From a bacterium (GTDB taxonomy: Bacteria; Zhuqueibacterota; Zhuqueibacteria; Zhuqueibacterales; Zhuqueibacteraceae): DNA of 64,000 nucleotides. Positions 40,867-49,297 of this stretch are shown here, piece after piece; position 1 is the first letter of the stretch; each line of letters starts with the position of its first letter. Location: NCBI GenBank assembly GCA_044869275.1, contig JBIOXB010000143.1, positions 1-64,000 on the forward strand, given 5' to 3'. A model generated the notes under the pieces. It was not told the origin of the DNA, made no database searches, and saw only the letters and a program-made list of their open reading frames with translations. Both the position numbers and the translations under genes were made by a program.

Positions 40867-41637
40867 GTTTCTTATGCCTTGATCGCGGACGGCATAGAAT
40901 CTACGCTGGATATTTTCAGCACGACGGTGGTATGGGGTGGATTGAAAGTCGCGGCGCGGCCGCCGGACAAAGATCATCCTTTCGGCCACGGCAAGGCGGA
41001 GCCCCTGGCAGCCTTGGTGGTTGCTATGACACTATTGGCAACGGCTATCGGGCTTGCGATTCAAAGCGTGCGCGAAATCTTAACGCCACATCATGCGCCG
41101 GCGCCGTTCACGTTGTTTGTGCTGTTGGGCGTCATCGCGACGAAAGAGATTTTGTTTCGCTTTAATTTTAAAATCGGTGAAGATATTCACAGCACGGCGG
41201 TGCAGGGTGATGCTTGGCATCAACGTTCGGACGCGATTACCTCGGCCGCGGCGTTTGTGGGAATCTCGATTGCCTTGCTGGCTGGGGAAGGCTACGAAAG
41301 CTCGGATGATTGGGCCGCGCTGCTGGCCTGCGGTGTGATCGGCTGGAACGGCTGGCGCTTGTTACGCGCGGCGATTGCGGAAGTCATGGACGCCGCGCCG
41401 CCGCCGGAGCTGCCGGCCAAAATTCGCGCTGTGGCCAAAGAGCTGCCCGAGGTGGTTGACGTGGAAAAATGCCGTGTGCGCAAGAGCGGGTTGACGTATT
41501 TCGTGGATATTCACGTCATGGTGGATGGAGAAATTTCAGTGACGGTGGGACATGACATTGCGCACCGCGTGAAACATCGCTTGCTGACCTCGAGCTTGAA
41601 CGTCTCTGATGTCACGGTACATATCGAGCCAGCGTAA
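40867..41637 (+). pseudogene. Cation diffusion facilitator (FieF-like), 5'-truncated
   Basis: Begins at SYALIADGIES (TM2) with no TM1 or credible start; HPFGHGKAE, DAWHQRSD, GHDIAH and VHIEP intact. Confidence 0.75.
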
Positions 41638-41827
41638 AGGAAAACGATCTCGTGTTTCGGTTTGCCTTCCAACACAAAGAGATTTTCGAGTATTCCCAAT
41701 AGTTTCAGGTCAACAGCTTGCAGGCCCAACTCTTCTGCGATTTCCCTCGCCACGGTCTCAAGCGTGGTTTCGCCCGGCTCCACTCCGCCACCCAAGGGGC
41801 GGTAAAAATACGCGCCGGTGCGGGGAT
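41634..41827 (-). pseudogene. NUDIX hydrolase remnant
   Basis: FYRPLGGGVEPGETTLETVAREIAEELG Nudix box and ENLFVLEGKPKHEIVFLY; both ends missing. Confidence 0.8.
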
Positions 41828-42004
41828 GCGATGATGCTTCATGGCGGGCGGAATATGCTTATGATGGGGATGCGTGCTTTGCAACGTGGGATCATTGGGA
41901 TGTGGCTGCGAATCGTACCAGTACAATTTTTGCCCAGCCTGCCAAACTTCATAACCATACCAGTCGATAACAATAGGGAGACGATGATATAAGACTCGTT
42001 CACG
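41816..42004 (-). pseudogene. DUF6516 (TumE-like) toxin remnant
   Basis: YGYEVW...LYWYDSQPHPNDPTLQSTHPHHKH; N-terminal half and extreme C-terminus absent. Confidence 0.7.
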
Positions 42005-42272
42005 CCGCTGCCACTCGAATGAGCCCGGCAAGACTCGGGGCGTGTCGTTGCAGCCGTTGCAATTCGTTGCGATACTCGGCTTGGCGCGCCAGCCACGTGC
42101 GGTAAATGCTCGCCCATTCACCAAAATCGAGGACCCGAGCTTCCTCTTCCGGCTCTTCGCCGCTTTGATAAGCCGCGTAGAAGGTTTCCGAGCGTATGCC
42201 GTATTTGCGCTCGAAACGCAACAATTCTTCTTCAAGCGCGTGAATATCGGCCAGGATTTCTTGCAAACTCAT
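42000..42272 (-). CDS. Putative antitoxin (TumA-like) partner of DUF6516
   Basis: LLRFERKYGIRSETFY...G...DFGEW pattern; GAGG RBS; stop overlaps the toxin GTG. Confidence 0.7.
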   Translation of the reverse strand: MSLQEILADIHALEEELLRFERKYGIRSETFYAAYQSGEEPEEEARVLDFGEWASIYRTWLARQAEYRNELQRLQRHAPSLAGLIRVAAA

Positions 42273-42340
42273 GATATGCCTCGCACAATTAATAGAATGA
42301 GGCAAAATACAAATCTCACAGCGAGGAGACAAGCAAATAT

Positions 42341-42395
42341 TTCTCTCGTTCCCAAGTTTAACTTGGGAACGAGAGAACGAGAGCGAAAACGAGAT
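42341..42395. repeat. REP-like perfect palindrome plus short hexamer repeats
   Basis: TTCTCTCGTTCCCAAGTT-T-AACTTGGGAACGAGAGAA, then gagcga/aaacga. Confidence 0.8.
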
Positions 42396-42433
42396 TAGAC
42401 TTGAGAAGTAAAGTGGACATGAAGCCTCGCAAG

Positions 42434-42600
42434 CTAACGCCGGCGCCAATAGCCATCGGCCCAGTACCAACCGCGGCGATGGCGCTCCCAGCGTCCCGGC
42501 ACATACACATAGCCCCGGCGAGGATTGAGGTACCGGCCCTCCGCCCAGCGGTACTTTCTTCCGTTCCAACCCCAATAACCGTCAACCCAAGCAATTCCAA
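42434..42600 (-). pseudogene. YXWGXW-repeat protein fragment
   Basis: WVDGYWGW, YVPGRWE and WADGYW repeats; no clear signal peptide or start. Confidence 0.55.
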
Positions 42601-42811
42601 TGTAAAAACGTTCACACCTACTGTTCGATAACGTGCAGGTGGTGTCATACCAGCGGATACTTGCTTCCAATCTGCAAGCACAGATGGCGAACCAAACTCT
42701 TGAAAAACAACTTTGGCAAATGAATTGATATACAGTTATATTAGTGATGGCTTAAGCGTCTGTGCCGACTACGATTTCGTGGCATACCTTTAGAGCGGGA
42801 AGGACGATGAT

Positions 42812-43471
42812 ATGATTCAGATGAAGAGTATTTTCAAATTCTATCCCACCGGCTTCGGCAAAACTTATGTGCTGAACGACGTCGATGTGGAAATCAAAGC
42901 AGGGGAGTTTGTTTCGATCATGGGGCCGTCCGGTTCGGGCAAATCGACACTGTTGCACATCATCGGCATGCTCGACGAGCCTTCCAGCGGGGATTATAAC
43001 TTTCTCGATCAAGCCGTACACAAGACCAACGAACGGCAGCGCTCCGAACTGCACAAGCATTACATCGGTTTCGTGTTTCAGAGTTATCATTTGATCGACG
43101 AGTTGACGGTGTATGAAAACATCGAGATGCCATTGCTCTATAAAAAAGTCAAAGGTGCGGAGCGCAAGAGCATGGTGTGCGATATCATCGACCGCTTTCA
43201 GATCGTCGGAAAAAAGGACTTATTCCCAGCACAGCTTTCGGGCGGGCAACAGCAGCTAGTGGCCATCGCGCGCGCGGTGATCAACAATCCCAAGCTGATT
43301 CTCGCGGACGAGCCCACCGGCAATTTGAACTCCAAGCAGGGCGAGGAAATCATGGACCTGTTCAAAAAGCTCAACGAGGAGGGCACCACCATCGTTCAAG
43401 TCACGCATTCGGAGAAGAATGCCGGCTATGGCAAAAGAGTCATCAATCTCTTCGACGGCCGGGTGGTATAG
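42812..43471 (+). CDS. ABC transporter ATP-binding protein (MacB/LolD-like), no adjacent permease
   Basis: GPSGSGKST, GFVFQSYHL, LSGGQQQ and ADEPTGNL. Confidence 0.93.
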   Translation: MIQMKSIFKFYPTGFGKTYVLNDVDVEIKAGEFVSIMGPSGSGKSTLLHIIGMLDEPSSGDYNFLDQAVHKTNERQRSELHKHYIGFVFQSYHLIDELTVYENIEMPLLYKKVKGAERKSMVCDIIDRFQIVGKKDLFPAQLSGGQQQLVAIARAVINNPKLILADEPTGNLNSKQGEEIMDLFKKLNEEGTTIVQVTHSEKNAGYGKRVINLFDGRVV

Positions 43472-43563
43472 CAGGATGCTGAAGCGTCTCGAATTGCTTG
43501 GGTTGGTCATGCCCGTCGCGGCGGCAGAGGCATGACCTCACAAGGAGTTTTTTCAGCCTCCTG
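43472..43563. mobile_element. Putative MITE (92 bp)
   Basis: Terminal inverted repeats CAGGATGCTGAA / TTCAGCCTCCTG (11/12 match); internal palindrome GGTCATGCC/GGCATGACC. Confidence 0.55.
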
Positions 43564-43607
43564 ATAGTAGAGGATAATCAAATGCAATCGCTTTCATTAT
43601 GAGCAGC

Positions 43608-44471
43608 TCATCCTGCCAGTGAAATAATGAGAATTCCAGCCACGATCAGCAGCGCACCCAGCGTGCGTCTCTTGCCGAAGTCTTCACCCAGCCAGCGCCA
43701 ACCCGCGAGGGCCGCAAACACGATGCTCACCTCTCTCATGGCACCCACGTAACTGACCGGCGCAACGGCATAAGCTTTCAAGACCAAAACATAAGCCAGG
43801 GGCATCAACACCGCGACGGCGCCGATCTGAAGTGGGCGGTTGCGGCCTTTCGTCACCATGGCACGCCAGCCGTATTGCTTTAGCACGAAGGGGGCAAGCA
43901 AAAACCCGCTCAACGCGAACACCAACATGAGATATGGCAGAGGCGCCATCTTGCGCACAGCGGCGGCATCGATCACGGAATAAATCGAGATCATGACGGC
44001 CACAAACAGAGCGAGCCAGAGGCCTTTCGCATTGATACTATGACGTGACCGCGAGCCCTGCCCTCGCCCCACGATCACAATGCCGAATAGGATAATAACG
44101 ACGCCCGCAAGGCCAGCGGGTTCTGGGGACTCGTGCAAGAAAGCGATCGACCATACGACCATGAGCACCGGAGCGGTGCCGCGCGCGAGGGGGTAAATCA
44201 ACGAAAAGTCGGCTTGTTCATAAGCGTAAATCAAGACCAGATAATAAATCGTTTCCGCCAAAGCGCTGGTGAGAAGGTAGGGCCATACGGCTGCGGGCTG
44301 GGCAATTTGGGACCAGATAAACGGTAGTGCACCACATACCCCCACCATAATCGCCCACCACGTGATCAGTTGCCTGTCTTCAACCTTTTTAATGATAAAA
44401 TTCCAGGTGGCGTGGCAAACCGCGGCGATCATCACGAGCAGCACTGCTGGCAATGGCATACAGCTCCCCAA
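43608..44471 (-). CDS. EamA/DMT-family transporter
   Basis: CHATWN, FSLIYPLARG, YSVID and AMREVSIVF; about 10 TM helices. Confidence 0.9.
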   Translation of the reverse strand: MGSCMPLPAVLLVMIAAVCHATWNFIIKKVEDRQLITWWAIMVGVCGALPFIWSQIAQPAAVWPYLLTSALAETIYYLVLIYAYEQADFSLIYPLARGTAPVLMVVWSIAFLHESPEPAGLAGVVIILFGIVIVGRGQGSRSRHSINAKGLWLALFVAVMISIYSVIDAAAVRKMAPLPYLMLVFALSGFLLAPFVLKQYGWRAMVTKGRNRPLQIGAVAVLMPLAYVLVLKAYAVAPVSYVGAMREVSIVFAALAGWRWLGEDFGKRRTLGALLIVAGILIISLAG

Positions 44472-44474
44472 GGT

Positions 44475-45101
44475 TCAACGCCGCAATCTTCGTCCGGCTT
44501 CTGCTTGAAAATAACCGTTCGCCAAGTAGACGTACAAATTCTTCCCGGGGCAAACTGTGCCCTGCGCAACGTCTTTGTGCCCCTGGATCACTTCAGGCGA
44601 TAGCTGATACTGGGCGCATAGCCATGCCATCAGATCGACAACAGCGTGCAGTTGTTTTTCATTCGGTGTTTGCACTTCGAAATTTCCCAGCACACAGATG
44701 AGCGCGTGGCCGGCGGGATCGTAGTTCGTGTTGGTGTCGCCGGGATAGCGCAAATCCCGGCCTGCATAGATTTTTCCTTCCCAATCAATCATAAAGTGAT
44801 AGGGAATATCGATCCACTTCTTCTCGTTTCTCGACCATTGCTGTAATTTGCGCAGATGCTCGGCGGTGTTTTTATCGGGGGGATATTCCTCGCCACCGTG
44901 ATGCAGAGTAATAAACTTGATCGCATGCGTACGAAAGGAATCGGCGAAGGCTTTGCCACCCCACTGTTCGACGGAAACGATTTGATGAGGGTTTTGCGGA
45001 AAAGGTTTGGCACGTGAGCTTCCGCAACCGTAAAAAACAATTGCCGGCGATAGCAGCCAAAATAGTGCGAGCCAGAAAGAAAGGCCAAGGAGCTTTTTCA
45101 T
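44475..45101 (-). CDS. N-acetylmuramoyl-L-alanine amidase (Amidase_2/PGRP-like), probable lipoprotein
   Basis: ITLHHG, WIDIPYHF, GHKD and TVCPG zinc-site motifs; VFYGC lipobox. Confidence 0.85.
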   Translation of the reverse strand: MKKLLGLSFWLALFWLLSPAIVFYGCGSSRAKPFPQNPHQIVSVEQWGGKAFADSFRTHAIKFITLHHGGEEYPPDKNTAEHLRKLQQWSRNEKKWIDIPYHFMIDWEGKIYAGRDLRYPGDTNTNYDPAGHALICVLGNFEVQTPNEKQLHAVVDLMAWLCAQYQLSPEVIQGHKDVAQGTVCPGKNLYVYLANGYFQAEAGRRLRR

Positions 45102-45143
45102 ATGGCAGGATTCAAAGGCGGGAACAAAGAGGAAAGCCCAAAA

Positions 45144-45356
45144 TCACAAAATGATTTTGTCGTGATTAATGGAAGCGTCAGAGATCTTGGTCTCGCATAT
45201 CCCCACGAGCTGATCAAGAGCCGAATAGTCTTGTGGCAGGCTTGCTTGATCAAGAATTTCTATCTCCAACAAGATCTTGTCTTGTTTGATCTTCTTGAGT
45301 TCGCCGGTCAAAGGAATCAAGAATCCATTTTCTTTTCTTTGCGCTTGAACTCGCAT
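45144..45356 (-). CDS. Small antitoxin-like protein
   Basis: 70 aa, AAGGAG RBS, C-terminal LVG....DASINHD motif. Confidence 0.5.
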   Translation of the reverse strand: MRVQAQRKENGFLIPLTGELKKIKQDKILLEIEILDQASLPQDYSALDQLVGICETKISDASINHDKIIL

Positions 45357-45531
45357 AATTTCATCTCCTTGCTTCATTAGAAAAACAACTCTAAAATGTA
45401 CTATCTTTTTTATGGATATGCAAACCATTCCTGCCAGTTTGCAGCGGGGTGGTGGCCGCAGAGCAGTGATTAGTATTAGGCATCTCTGATGAAGATCCGG
45501 CATGAGAGCATCTCGTTTATATCAAAAACAA

Positions 45532-45568
45532 ATGGCCGGGTTCCATTTCGGAAACCGGCCATGCTTTT
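45532..45568. terminator. Bidirectional intrinsic terminator
   Basis: ATGGCCGG-GTTCC..GGAAA-CCGGCCAT flanked by A and T runs. Confidence 0.6.
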
Positions 45569-45639
45569 GCGATCACTCCAGAGCGTATTACTGTGCCAGG
45601 CTATTTCAAGAACAGGGCCATAGCAGCAGTTTTCAAAAA

Positions 45640-46644
45640 CTAGATCACATGATGTTTATCACCCCAAATAAACAGTTTTTGCGCGCGCAGTGTGTCGAAG
45701 AATTTCGGCGTGAGCTCGCCGTGCAACAACGCCTTCTCGCCTTTTTGATCAACCCTGATGCTGTTTAGCGCATCTACTGCGGTGCGATCCTTCGAGACTT
45801 GCAGCTTGGCCGCGGCCAGGGCCCCGCGCATGAGATCAACCATGAGCTTGCTGTCCTCGGCGTTCTGACATTGCACTTGCCCTTCGAATTCCACGCCATT
45901 GGTGACATGCGCGGAGAACACGAGGTTTTCGACGGTCTCGAGCCTCGGGAAGTTTTCGCGCAACTCACGCGCAAAAGCCGGCTCGGCATGAAGGGCAGTG
46001 TCGGCAGAAGCTGCCATCCAAATCTGGTCGCCGAAGCGAATTTTGTTTTCCATTGCAGAAAAAACCTTGGGAACTTCGCCAGATTTTTTGCCTTCCAAAG
46101 CCTGAGCGAGCCAGTCGCGGTCGCCAACGTATACGGTACTGTTGTTCACAAAGCACAAACCCGAACGCTCTTTTTGGGGATTGAAATAAACGCAATGGCC
46201 GGCGATCATTTCTTCCCGCCAGGGAATTTCGTGCCGGGCGCTGTCGATCTCTTGTTTCACGAAGGCGACAATTTTTTGTTCATCAAACTGGCCGTGCAAA
46301 ATGGCATAAAAATTTTCGTCGTGCCTGCGCACTTCGCGTACGCCGGCCAACACCGACTGCAAATCCCGCTTGGGATCGAAACCAGTGGCGCTTTTGAATT
46401 CTTCATATTTTTCGTGTGACATTTCCTCGCGCATGCGGTTCTCGATCTGCTGCAAAATGTCCGCTGCCAGCGGACTTTGCACGACGTTGCGGACGTTGCA
46501 GTACATGATCGCATTTATGTCGGCCGGCAAGAGTTGCGCATCCTGGCGCGTGGCGTCTGGCACGGCAATTTGGCCCTGGCGCTGACAGCCAAGCACCAAA
46601 GCGAACAACAGCAACAAAACAAGGTTCAACTTGCGCATGATCAT
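45640..46644 (-). CDS. Lipoprotein of unknown function in an ABC operon (DUF3352-like)
   Basis: VLGC lipobox; LLPAD and TGFDPKRDL...G.FD pattern. Confidence 0.6.
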   Translation of the reverse strand: MIMRKLNLVLLLLFALVLGCQRQGQIAVPDATRQDAQLLPADINAIMYCNVRNVVQSPLAADILQQIENRMREEMSHEKYEEFKSATGFDPKRDLQSVLAGVREVRRHDENFYAILHGQFDEQKIVAFVKQEIDSARHEIPWREEMIAGHCVYFNPQKERSGLCFVNNSTVYVGDRDWLAQALEGKKSGEVPKVFSAMENKIRFGDQIWMAASADTALHAEPAFARELRENFPRLETVENLVFSAHVTNGVEFEGQVQCQNAEDSKLMVDLMRGALAAAKLQVSKDRTAVDALNSIRVDQKGEKALLHGELTPKFFDTLRAQKLFIWGDKHHVI

Positions 46645-46648
46645 CTCC

Positions 46649-47476
46649 TCAAAAATTTTTGCGTTTGAAAATCAACATGGCCGAGCTGAAAAACACTCCA
46701 CCGAGCAACAAGGAATGCCATAATGGATTCAAACTGCCGAGCGCTTCCGCCATCACCATTTTTCTTGCCATGTCGCCGATCTCGAAAGTGCGCGGCGTCA
46801 GAAAGTACAGCCCATCCAACAGCCATTGATAGATTTTATTGGAAAGCAAAGCGTAAATACGGTCGCGCTGAAAGAGCAAGGGGCTGAAGAAGATGATCAA
46901 ATACGCGCCCATGATGGCGACCGCAGAATTTTGCAGCGCCACACCGAGGAAAACCATAAAAGCAAAAATCACCGCAAAGACCGCGGCGATCATCACGCCT
47001 GAAATCAAAAACGGCGTGTGCCAAATGCCGGTCTTCAACGACAGAATCAGCCAGGCGCCGCCGATGAGATAAAAAACGTTGAAGGCGACGATGGTCAAGC
47101 CGCCGAGATAGCGCCCCACCAGCAACTGCGGCCGCGAAATCGGCTTGGCGAGCAGCCAATCGATGTTGCCTTTCTCGAGCATGTTCGGCACCAGGCTCGC
47201 GGTCGCAAAAATCGAAAAAAACAGGCCGCCGGTGAACAGGCCCGTCGCCAATGCGGCTTCGATGCCGATCACCAGCCTGCGCATGTCGATCTCGAAGCCC
47301 TGCGCTTCCTTGCCGAAGAGCGTGACCGAAGCGAGCGCGCCATCGACCGCATCGACGTTCAAGGCCAGCAACAGCAGAGCCAGCACGATGGAAGATACGA
47401 CGAAAAATCCGATGAACGTTTTGCGCGCCAGCGATTCGCGAAACGTGTAAAAACAAACGGCCCAAACCTTGCTCAT
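46649..47476 (-). CDS. ABC-2-type permease
   Basis: TFRE.L and EKGNIDWLLAKPISR motifs; 6 TM helices. Confidence 0.88.
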   Translation of the reverse strand: MSKVWAVCFYTFRESLARKTFIGFFVVSSIVLALLLLALNVDAVDGALASVTLFGKEAQGFEIDMRRLVIGIEAALATGLFTGGLFFSIFATASLVPNMLEKGNIDWLLAKPISRPQLLVGRYLGGLTIVAFNVFYLIGGAWLILSLKTGIWHTPFLISGVMIAAVFAVIFAFMVFLGVALQNSAVAIMGAYLIIFFSPLLFQRDRIYALLSNKIYQWLLDGLYFLTPRTFEIGDMARKMVMAEALGSLNPLWHSLLLGGVFFSSAMLIFKRKNF

Positions 47477-48450
47477 GCTTGCGCTCCTTCCGGCCGTTTC
47501 TCCTCGGCCGCAAACAATTGGTTGAAATCGGAAGTGCCCGCGCCTTGAATGGTTTGCACAAAGCTTTCTTCCAGCGTCTGGCGATGCGGCATAATCGCTT
47601 GAATCAAAAGCTGACGTTGGCGGAGCAAATCAATAATGTCGTTCAGCGGCTCGAAGCCCGTGACCACGACGTCGAGGTGGCCGTTTTGTGCTTCCGCAAA
47701 TGCGGCTTTCGTGCGAATCTGCTCGAGCAAGTTTTGATCTTCCACGTGCACCTGCAAACGATAGCGGCGATCCGAGGTCGTCAATTCATGCACCGTGCCC
47801 TGCCGCAGCAATTTGCCTTTGTGCAGAATCGCGACTTCATCACAGATCATTTCCACTTCGGAAAGCAAATGCGAATTGAGAAAAATGGTTTTGCCCTGCT
47901 GCTTCAACTCGAGCAGCAAATCGCGAATATCTTTACGGCCGATGGGATCAACGCCGTCGGTGGGTTCATCCAAAAAAATCAACTGCGGGTCATGCAACAG
48001 CGCCTGCGCCAAGCCCAGCCGCTGCAGCATGCCTTTGCTGTATTTCTTCGTGCGCGTGGCGCGCCAGTCCCACATGTTCACGCGTTTGAGCAACAACTCC
48101 GCACGCCGCTGGCGTTCGCCGGGATCTCGCATACCGCTCAATCGCCCGCAATAATCCAGCAAGGCGGCGCCGGTCAGGAATTCCGGGAAGCGGTGATTCT
48201 CGGGCAAGTACCCGGCGTGTGCACGCGCCGAGGGATTTTCCACTGGAATGCCGAAAAGTGTTGCGGTTCCGCTGTCGGCGCGCTGCAAACCCAGAAGGAT
48301 TTTGATGAAAGTTGTTTTACCTGCGCCATTCGGTCCGAGCAACCCAAAAATCTTTCCGGGTTGAACATTCAGGCTGACACCTTGCAAAGCTTTGACGCGA
48401 CCCCGGCTGAAATGCCGCGTCAAATCTTGTGTGGCAATAATCGGGTTCAT
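47473..48450 (-). CDS. ABC transporter ATP-binding protein
   Basis: GPNGAGKTT, YSKGMLQRLG, DEPTDGVD and NSHLLSEVE; AGGAG RBS. Confidence 0.94.
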   Translation of the reverse strand: MNPIIATQDLTRHFSRGRVKALQGVSLNVQPGKIFGLLGPNGAGKTTFIKILLGLQRADSGTATLFGIPVENPSARAHAGYLPENHRFPEFLTGAALLDYCGRLSGMRDPGERQRRAELLLKRVNMWDWRATRTKKYSKGMLQRLGLAQALLHDPQLIFLDEPTDGVDPIGRKDIRDLLLELKQQGKTIFLNSHLLSEVEMICDEVAILHKGKLLRQGTVHELTTSDRRYRLQVHVEDQNLLEQIRTKAAFAEAQNGHLDVVVTGFEPLNDIIDLLRQRQLLIQAIMPHRQTLEESFVQTIQGAGTSDFNQLFAAEEKRPEGAQA

Positions 48451-48598
48451 TGATACTCCTGGTTGGCGGAGAGATGTACGGCCAAAAACCGGGAAGGTTA
48501 CAGAAAATTTCGGTTTGTTAACACCGAGAAATTTTGTGGAGTGGGGATTGCTTTTCACCGGCAATCTAAATATCATTAAGCTTCATTGGAGAGGGCCC

Positions 48599-49279
48599 AT
48601 GTCCGAACAACCGAATCCGGCGCCGCACAAAGAAAGCGCGGCGACACGGCGCTGGCAGGCGCGGCTGCGCGCGTGGATGCAGTTCATTGTCACCGGCGTG
48701 TTGGCGTTTTTTCTGCTCGCCAGCGGCTGGCAGATTTATTACCTGCATCAGAAAATCGAACAAGCACCGGCGCTTGAACTGGCTTTTGCGCCGGAGAACA
48801 ACCTGGCCCCAGGCCAGGAACAATGGCGGACGCTGGCGCGCTTGGAAGCGCATGCCGTGCAACAGCGCTATCACCAAGCCAACGTCATCTTGATGGCGCG
48901 GATTTGGACGACCTATTTGGGTTTTGTCACCGGAATGATTTTGGCCGTGGTGGGCGCGACCTTCATTCTCGGCAAATTGCGTGAGCCAACCTCAGAGATT
49001 TCCGGTAAAGCCGAAAATTGGCAGATCAGCATCGCCTCCACTTCGCCGGGGTTGATCATGGTGGTGCTCGGCACGCTGCTCATGCTGGTCACGATTATGA
49101 CGCATCATCAAATCGACGTGAAAGACGGCCCGCTTTATCTCGGCGGCACCGCGACCAGCCAAACCACGGCGACCACCACGCTGTCCAAGCCGCAACAACT
49201 AACCGAGGCGGCAAAGAAAATCAGGGGCAGCTTGCAAGCGGATTCACTTGCCAAACAACAGGATGTGGCGCAACCGTAA
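48599..49279 (+). CDS. Three-TM hypothetical membrane protein
   Basis: Three hydrophobic segments, SPG motif before the last TM, GGAG RBS. Confidence 0.7.
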   Translation: MSEQPNPAPHKESAATRRWQARLRAWMQFIVTGVLAFFLLASGWQIYYLHQKIEQAPALELAFAPENNLAPGQEQWRTLARLEAHAVQQRYHQANVILMARIWTTYLGFVTGMILAVVGATFILGKLREPTSEISGKAENWQISIASTSPGLIMVVLGTLLMLVTIMTHHQIDVKDGPLYLGGTATSQTTATTTLSKPQQLTEAAKKIRGSLQADSLAKQQDVAQP

Positions 49280-49297
49280 AATTGCAGGAGAGACATT

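Noticed and set aside
31300..43600. tRNA-anchored genomic island
   Set aside because: Accessory genes follow the tRNAs, but I found no integrase and no duplicated tRNA 3' end.
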